NCBI RefSeq assembly: GCF_964355755.1
Contig: NC_092679.1
Coordinates: 3,998,201 to 4,062,200 of the forward strand
DNA from: Antedon mediterranea
Lineage: Eukaryota; Animalia; Echinodermata
Direction of reading: 5' to 3'
Length of the DNA stretch: 64,000 nt
Part shown: in pieces, positions 58,701 to 64,000 of the stretch
Layout of the letters: the number at the start of each line of letters is the position of its first letter
How positions within the stretch are numbered: position 1 is the stretch's first letter
Made by a program: the position numbers and the translations under genes
Notes under the pieces: model-generated
The model's database searches: none
What the model was told of the DNA's origin: nothing
The model's input: the letters and a program-made list of their open reading frames with translations, nothing else

Positions 58701-61700
58701 GAAGTGAATTCGACCGGTCAAACCCTATGGGAATCTAGATTCATCACATAAAAAGCAATAATAAGCATGTTTATCATCAAAGGTTATTTAGAGGTTAACA
58801 CTATGAATGACTACTATAGATTAGTCTTTATTATCATAAATTACGATTTTTAGATCAAACAATAAAAACGGAAGAGAAAGTTGTATATGTTTCTCCCATT
58901 TGGTGAACACAGATAATAGCATTTTGAATGAAGCTCTGTCTACACTATCAAAGTTCACAAAGTGATACATCATCATCATATAGACATGATGATGTCATAT
59001 CATTACCATATTTGGGCATATCACTACCATCTTTGGGCACATCACACTTTTTTTTGTCAATCTAGTTTCGATAGTGTAAACCGAGCTTAAGGGTAACATT
59101 TCAAAAAATATTGTTTTGCCTAGAATTTAAAATTAACCACAGTCCTATCATTTATTACCTATTAGTATTATACAATGGTAAGTTATAAGAGTTTTACAAA
59201 ATCTAATATCCAAATTTTATCTTCTATTTTCAGGAACTGAGACAAGATAACCAACTTCTTCACGAAACAAACGCATTGCTCCAAGATCAAGTAGAAACGT
59301 TCCAAAGCAAAGGCGACAGAGTGCGAGATTTAGAAGCTGACCTGTTGCGCTACAAATCGCAGATTGACACGCTACAAGAACAGCGCGAGACGGACAATGA
59401 CAAGCTGCAGGAGATGGTTGAAGAGAATGCACGACTGCAAATGGATCATCGACAAAGTTTAAACGAGTCTGCTTCGCTTGGTCATGAACTAGAAATGGCT
59501 AAACTTGTATCGCCATGTACGTAGTATCATAATTTCATTTCAAAAATCTACAATAAGTATTGATACTATTACAGGTACACCAGTAAAATGGTACAGTTTT
59601 TGTTTAAATAAATTGTAAACCAGTAAAGCTTTGTCTATACTATTAAACTTTATGTGACAAAAGTATGTGATGTACTCATATATGGACATGATGATGTCAT
59701 ATCACTACCATATTTAGGCATATCACTACCATATTTGGGCATATCACTACCATTTTTGGGCATATCACTACCTCATCACATGAGACAGAGCTTAAAAGAA
59801 ATCTTTTTACTACATTTTCAAATTTCTACTTTATTTACCTATGATTATATTTATTTCCGTTTTTCTCTTTCAGCTGGTAATTCATTGTCGAAGGAATGCA
59901 ACGATTCGGCTTCGAGTAAAATCGTCAGACTTGAAAGAGAGAACCAAAAGCTGTTGAGTGAGTTACAAACACTGCAAGAAAGCTTCCAGACAGACAGCAA
60001 AGGAAAATTATTACAGAAAGAAAATGAACGACTTTGTCAGAAAATAGAAAAACTTCAAGTGGCTAGTTCGTCAGAGATGCAAAATTTCTTTGATTTAGAG
60101 ACAGAAAACGGAAACCTAAAAAAAGAAAAGGGACAGTTGGAAGAAATGATGCAAACGGAAAAAGAAATGAGTGAAAGACAAGTAAAAGAACTAGAGAACG
60201 AAAACGAACAACTTACTCACACAATCGATACATTACGTGAACGAAATCAGAAAAACGTTGACCACCGGATTAGAGATATTGAAAATGAAAATCGTAAATT
60301 ACACGAAGAAATGAAAGAATCGCAGAATAAATTATCAAAAGTAGAGTTTGATAACAAACAATTGCAAAAGAAACTTGAAACGTTAATAGATAATGCAAAA
60401 AGGTTGGAAGAAATTGAACAATCCCTCTCCGATTCTGTTAGAGAGAACGATAAACTGAATCGAACAGTTGACATGTTGAATATTCGTTGCGATAAGTACG
60501 AGGAATTAGAACGCGAGAACATGGTACTTGAGGTTCAGAAAGATAAACTAGAGAACGAGAAACACCAACAAGAGAAAACTCTTAAGGATCTTAGAGTACA
60601 TTGTCAGAAACTAGAGCAATATGAAGCCGATAATGTCCAGTTGAGATCAAGGTTGCAGACTCTCCAGAAGACACTGGATACTATGAAAGACAACATGTCA
60701 AAAGTTCTGGAACTGGAACACGATAAAGAGGAGTTAGACCGGCAGAATAGACAATTACAAAAATCAATCGTTGCTTTAAAATCGAGCCAAGAAAGAGGAT
60801 CACAATTGGAGGTGGATTATATCGAGCTTGAAACACAGAATAAACAATTGCACAAAGCGATTGAGTTAAATAAATTAAAAATTGAAAAATTAGAAAAGGA
60901 AAATCAAGAATTGGACAATCAGGTGGAAAGATTAAAAGAAGATCTGAAAAAATCGTCAGAATCTCAAAAATTATCCAGTAAAATGGTCGAAGATCTTGAG
61001 AAAGACAACCGTACATTAGAGCTTGAGAAAGAAACAATAGAAAAAGACAAGCGACGGCTAGACAAAGAAAATAATCGCTTGAAAATGTCTTTAGAAGGAA
61101 AAGATAGTGAAATTGATGCAGCCTCCTCAAAGATAGCAACACTTCAACGTGACATAAAGCATACTCAGAAATCAGCAGAAAAGAATAAAGAAATTGCAGA
61201 GCGGGTTAAGGAACTTGAAGTAGAAAACCGTGATCTCTTGAAACAGTCAACACTTGATAAAAAAACTTTGGCAACACTTAGAGAGGTTAGTAGCGTAATT
61301 CTCTCAGTATTCGGTTTATATAGATATTTGACACAACTGTGTGCAATGGGAGCCAATTTATAACCCATCCATTAGAATAAAACCCTCTATTCAGGGGACA
61401 CCGCTATTAAGGTATATTTTACTGTGAGAACAAGGAGCACTATATTTGTTAACACTATTGTCAACCCCTATAATTAAGGAGACATTTGTTTGTTTCCCTG
61501 AATAGGGCTCTACTGTATTATTATTGCAATTGTAAAATTTCAAAATTTAGCTAGATTAAATTATGGAAGTGTGTTATTTCACTCTTTCCTGGTTGAACTA
61601 TAAACTTCATCATTATTTTTACGAAATAAAATAAAGCCAGTACCATAATATTCATTTGATAGATGCAGAAGGAAGAGTCCATACAAAAAAAAAACATTAT

Positions 61701-62531
61701 TACTGTACATTCATGTACATTTAAAATTCTACTGTCGGTTGCTTACGGGAGTAATCAATGTAAATTTAATGGCCTCGTTAGCTACATTAATCCTCGGTTT
61801 AATTTTTGTTCTGCATGCAGAACAAATCATTCTTACTTATAGACCTGCAATTACTTTAGTCTACTACTAAATGTTGATGTAATATCATTATTTCACAAAT
61901 GTTCTTTTTGTTAGAGTTAAATACTAATATTTAAAAATATAGTTAAAAGCATTTAAATATATATATTTATTTACTACAAAACAAAAATCAAGGAGATCTA
62001 TGTTTGAGAACCATTATGAAAACATTTTTTATTTTAAAAGTTTTTGTTGATTTTTTTCAGGAACTTGTTAATGAAAAGATTCGGACCCAGCAACAAGATA
62101 ACGATTTAGAAAAACTGTCAACAGAATTGGACCGTATTGGTCTAAATAAAGATAAATTAATGAGAGAAGAGCTAAGAGAAGATGAAAGGTACAATCTCTA
62201 TTACCTTTACAATTGGTGACCATGAACAATTGTTCTTCTGCAGTTACTGCAGTAACTATATTTTGTTAAATGTTATTTTATCTGCTTTGTGCCCCTTAAT
62301 CATAAGCATATTGAAAGAAAATAGTCTAGAAAAAAGGTAGAGAAATATTTGTTCATATTTATTTTGAATGATAATTTTATCATTAATGATGCCTTATGTT
62401 TTGTATAATGATTGTTAACATTGCTGACTCTTTTTTTGTAGTCGTATCAAGGCCCTGCAGAGCCAAATGGAGGATACATTAAACAGAAGTATGGAAATTA
62501 AGGATGAGAAAATAAAATCACTAGAACAAAG
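25752..62531 (+). CDS. CCDC88A: CCDC88 family (Girdin/Daple) Hook-related coiled-coil protein, 5' part only; continues beyond the window
   Basis: Exons: possible ATG-only 25752-25754, then 26784(ATG 26802)-26849, 28202-28287, 31281-31389, 46383-46595, 51041-51181, 52481-52720, 56720-56878, 59234-59516, 59874-61285, 62061-62188, 62442-62531, all in phase. Hook-domain motifs HPLVVW/VKT and [13 protein letters not shown], then [27 protein letters not shown] and [14 protein letters not shown]. Probably the single invertebrate orthologue of CCDC88A/B/C. Confidence 0.93.
26149..26612. mobile_element. Unclassified inverted-repeat element with internal 19-bp minisatellite and tRNA-like segment
   Basis: ~63-bp inverted repeats (26157-26219 and 26541-26604), flanking direct repeat TTATATATT (26140-26148 and 26613-26621), and aaactccttcctaaatatt x~4. 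Confidence 0.75.
26938..27116. mobile_element. Harbinger-like palindromic MITE family B
   Basis: taa|AGCGTGGTTCTCACTAG ... CTAGTGGGAACCAACCT|tta. A truncated copy in the opposite orientation lies at ~1711-1827. Confidence 0.8.
28778..30191. mobile_element. Non-autonomous DNA transposon with TA duplication (Tc1/mariner/pogo-like), 1.4 kb
   Basis: ta|CAGTACAGAAAGAAATTACTGC ... GCAGTATTTTCTTTCTGTACTG|ta. Subterminal 21-bp repeats cctacgatgtattgtt(tgtag/ctct) at ~28843-28973 and 29112-29160. No recognisable transposase. Confidence 0.85.
30306..30424. mobile_element. MITE family A, degenerate
   Basis: tta|agctctgtcta ... gatagtgtacagct|tta. Confidence 0.75.
31717..31969. mobile_element. Old TIR element (Harbinger-like ends)
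   Basis: agaccccatttaca ... tgtgaatggggtct|aa. Confidence 0.5.
32503..33610. repeat. Minisatellite, 11 units of 97/101 bp
   Basis: Unit starts 32503, 32604, 32705, 32802, 32899, 33000, 33101, 33198, 33295, 33392, 33489, plus a partial unit at 33586. Confidence 0.97.
34395..34700. repeat. Degenerate ~55-bp tandem repeat
   Basis: Recurring gactagggctgtgtatagt..actgcat..tatagtgacca. Confidence 0.6.
35491..35611 (-). mobile_element. tRNA-derived SINE (same family as 13697)
   Basis: caggattgaaccatagaccttaagattggaaggcaagca...acagctccact is the reverse complement of the 13697 head. Confidence 0.7.
35621..35695. mobile_element. MITE family A, internally deleted
   Basis: Both TIRs are nearly adjacent; the 21-bp core is missing. 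Confidence 0.75.
42199..42275 (+). mobile_element. Degenerate tRNA-like SINE head
   Basis: ggctctgtagc..tctagtggtt (A-box-like) and gggtttaaatc (B-box-like). Confidence 0.4.
43436..43863. repeat. Tandem repeat, ~4 units of 111-119 bp with poly-C tract
   Basis: gagttcaaggctcttcttgttgaaca at 43468, 43579, 43692 and 43811. Confidence 0.95.
44533..44892. mobile_element. Harbinger-like MITE family C
   Basis: Perfect 24-bp TIR AGGCCAACTCAGACAGCATTGTAC / GTACAATGCTGTCTGAGTTGGCCT, flanked by tga/tta. Confidence 0.8.
45574..45725. mobile_element. MITE family A
   Basis: taa|agctctgtctacactat ... gagcg|taa; right TIR partly deleted. Confidence 0.85.
47992..49186. mobile_element. IS3EU-like palindromic non-autonomous element (6-bp duplication TAAATT), middle layer
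   Basis: taaatt|TATGGAACGCCGTTTACGCAAC ... GTTGCGTAAACGGCGTTCCATA|taaatt. Inverted arms of ~360-400 bp contain 14-bp ttttgaatgaaatg tandem units. Confidence 0.8.
48384..48790. mobile_element. PIF/Harbinger-like MITE (TAA duplication), inner layer
   Basis: taa|AGCCTGGCGCACACTAGAGCTT ... AAGCTCTAGTGTGCGCCGGGCT|taa; ~55-bp TIRs. Confidence 0.9.
50623..51076 (+). repeat. Tandem duplication (~215-240 bp) spanning a CCDC88 3' splice site and 36 nt of exon
   Basis: aacgactaaaccaaacc..tttctt..acag AT(T/A)ACCGACAATAATGAGAACGTATGCAGTCTGAAC occurs twice, with exon-like starts at 50828 and 51041. Confidence 0.92.
51224..51388. mobile_element. MITE family A
   Basis: Both TIRs present; 43 bp downstream of a CCDC88 donor site. 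Confidence 0.85.
52757..52924. mobile_element. Old TIR element
   Basis: tttcacacctgttccgg..caaatcaaatcgaa pairs with ttcgatttgatttg..ccggaacagatgtgaaa. Confidence 0.6.
54947..55088. mobile_element. MITE family A (opposite orientation)
   Basis: agctctgtctacactattaaact ... agtttgatagtgtagacagagct|taa. Confidence 0.88.
56036..56668. mobile_element. Related Tc1/mariner-like element with 84-bp x3 tandem array, interrupted by ~250 bp of unrelated sequence
   Basis: cctattag units at 56058, 56142 and 56226. The family resumes at ~56565 and ends ggtgtcaccttaatagggttctact. A short relative lies at ~61375-61516. Confidence 0.65.
56907..57063. mobile_element. MITE family A, TTA target-site duplication
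   Basis: tta|agctctgtctacactatcaaact ... gatagtgtaggcagagct|tta. Confidence 0.9.
57312..57578 (+). mobile_element. SINE with conserved central domain and L2/CR1-type tail
   Basis: ttgcctctctccacccaggtgt core and gcgcttaga..cgctata..tattattactatta tail. Similar tails at ~3860-3922 (+) and ~32230-32300 (-). Confidence 0.6.
57866..58290 (-). mobile_element. 5'-truncated LINE 3' end (Rex1/L2-like)
   Basis: The minus strand reads SGIRLRA../[17 protein letters not shown] across a frameshift, resembling the ORF2 C-terminus of Rex1/L2-type LINEs. It is followed by AATAAA and a (tatgac)n tail at 57866-57899. Confidence 0.6.
58932..59087. mobile_element. MITE family A
   Basis: Both TIRs and the 21-bp core units present. 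Confidence 0.85.
59627..59792. mobile_element. MITE family A, TAA target-site duplication
   Basis: taa|agctttgtctatactat ... gacagagct|taa. Supplies the spurious N-terminus of ORF 59654..61363. Confidence 0.85.
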
Positions 62532-64000
62532 GTTTGTATAACTTTGACTTTTATCCAATACCAATTGATTTATTTTAATTATTGATAATAAAAATGGGAC
62601 TTATATATCGCATTATGCAAATCCTCAATGCACTTAACAAAAGAAATAAAAAGCAGAACATGGCCATATACATGGCTGCAGTCATGTGCTCAAATTTGAG
62701 TTAGTGTTTACCGACCGACCGACATAGTGAGCTGGTAAAATTAAAAAGATGAGCAAATCATATGTTTTTGGAAAAATAAATTTCTACTGCAATCTATCCA
62801 TTTTAATATTAAAATGATCTTATCTTTCGATACAAATTTGTCAAAAGTACATTTGCAAAAGTATTGTGTTTATTAGTTGACTATCCTTGATTAGAAATGA
62901 GAGACAATAACCATACATCACAATATCACAACATTAATGTTATTTTTACCTTTATACACATTAAACATGACTCATATATTACACACATAACAAGACTTAG
63001 TCTGTACCATTCATTACTAGAGGCTATCCATTTACTGTGCTACCAGCGAGTATGTTTACTCACATACTTTCAAACCATTTTATCATTATTGAAGGAATAT
63101 AAATAATGAGCCACTTTGGGACTGTGTATTAGGTCACATGATTCATATTGACCATTCGCACATCCTGAATTAGATGTTCATTGTTCCCCGAGGCATGTGA
63201 ATTGTTTTATGATTCTATACTATGTTATGGTAAATCTACCACATTATGAGAGTTTTGCTAAATTACATAATCAAATCAGTTTGAAAATGAAACTAGACAT
63301 TTTTCTGTGAATAAAATTATCATACAAAAGTAAAATGGTCGTCATTATCATCGTTATTGCTGTCATTGCGATTGTGATTAGCATTTTAACAAATGTTAGT
63401 TGTTGAATTAAATATTAGTACAGTAATTTAATCAATTTACACACAAAACATAAAACAAAGGTACATTTTAAGATTCAAGACATTTCATTGGTCCACTTAA
63501 AATGGACATTTTTTTGCTTGGCACAAATTAAGACAATAAAGACAGTAAAAGTAAAATACATCAAATTGCACATTAAAAGAGCCGCATCTCCAAAGATCGT
63601 ATAAATCAAATTACTAATTTTAGCATAATCACATGTTTTTCATCACACCACCACTGAACAATGGTTGATCATTACGCATTACTTGTGTGTTACTGACCTG
63701 TAACAGTCATAGACAGGTCTGCTGTGCTAGATTACATTAATGTTACCGCGACAGGCCTGCCATGCTAGATTACATGAATGTTATTGGCCTATAGTAATAC
63801 ACAGGTCTGGCGTGCTTGGCTAGGCTTAAATATTGAATACTTTAAGTCTGCTCTGATCTAACTGTAGTCTATAATCTATGATGTCCTTGATTATTATTGT
63901 TTGATAATCTGGGATTAGAAATGAAAAATTACTTTGAAAATTTGTAATTATGAATTGATTAATTTTGTGTCGGATAGATTATATATGTAGTATCTGGATG

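Noticed and set aside
59654-59873. N-terminal part of the 569-aa ORF
   Set aside because: It is MITE plus polypyrimidine tract; the real exon begins after the acceptor at 59873.

Overview
AT-rich, intron-rich animal genomic DNA, probably a marine invertebrate (species cannot be determined from the sequence). It is not prokaryotic, so most entries in the ORF track are exon fragments or noise. I reconstructed six spliced genes by hand from GT..AG boundaries and reading phase. They form three consecutive head-to-head pairs: a TMEM145/GPR180-family membrane protein (-) with DPP3 (+); NANP/HDHD4 (-) with RAD51 (+); and a 78-aa two-exon COX8-like gene (-, absent from the ORF track) with CCDC88/Girdin (+, runs off the right end). 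Introns contain many non-autonomous transposons: about 18 copies or fragments of one PIF/Harbinger-type MITE, other palindromic MITEs, Tc1/mariner-like elements, tRNA-derived SINEs, a LINE 3' end and several minisatellites. The most notable observations are the hidden COX8-like gene, a three-level nested transposon (Kolobok-like > IS3EU-like palindrome > Harbinger-like) with all three target-site duplications intact, and a tandem duplication that creates a decoy splice acceptor in Girdin. I see no evidence of a wholly new multi-gene system. Family assignments rest on recalled motifs, not database searches.
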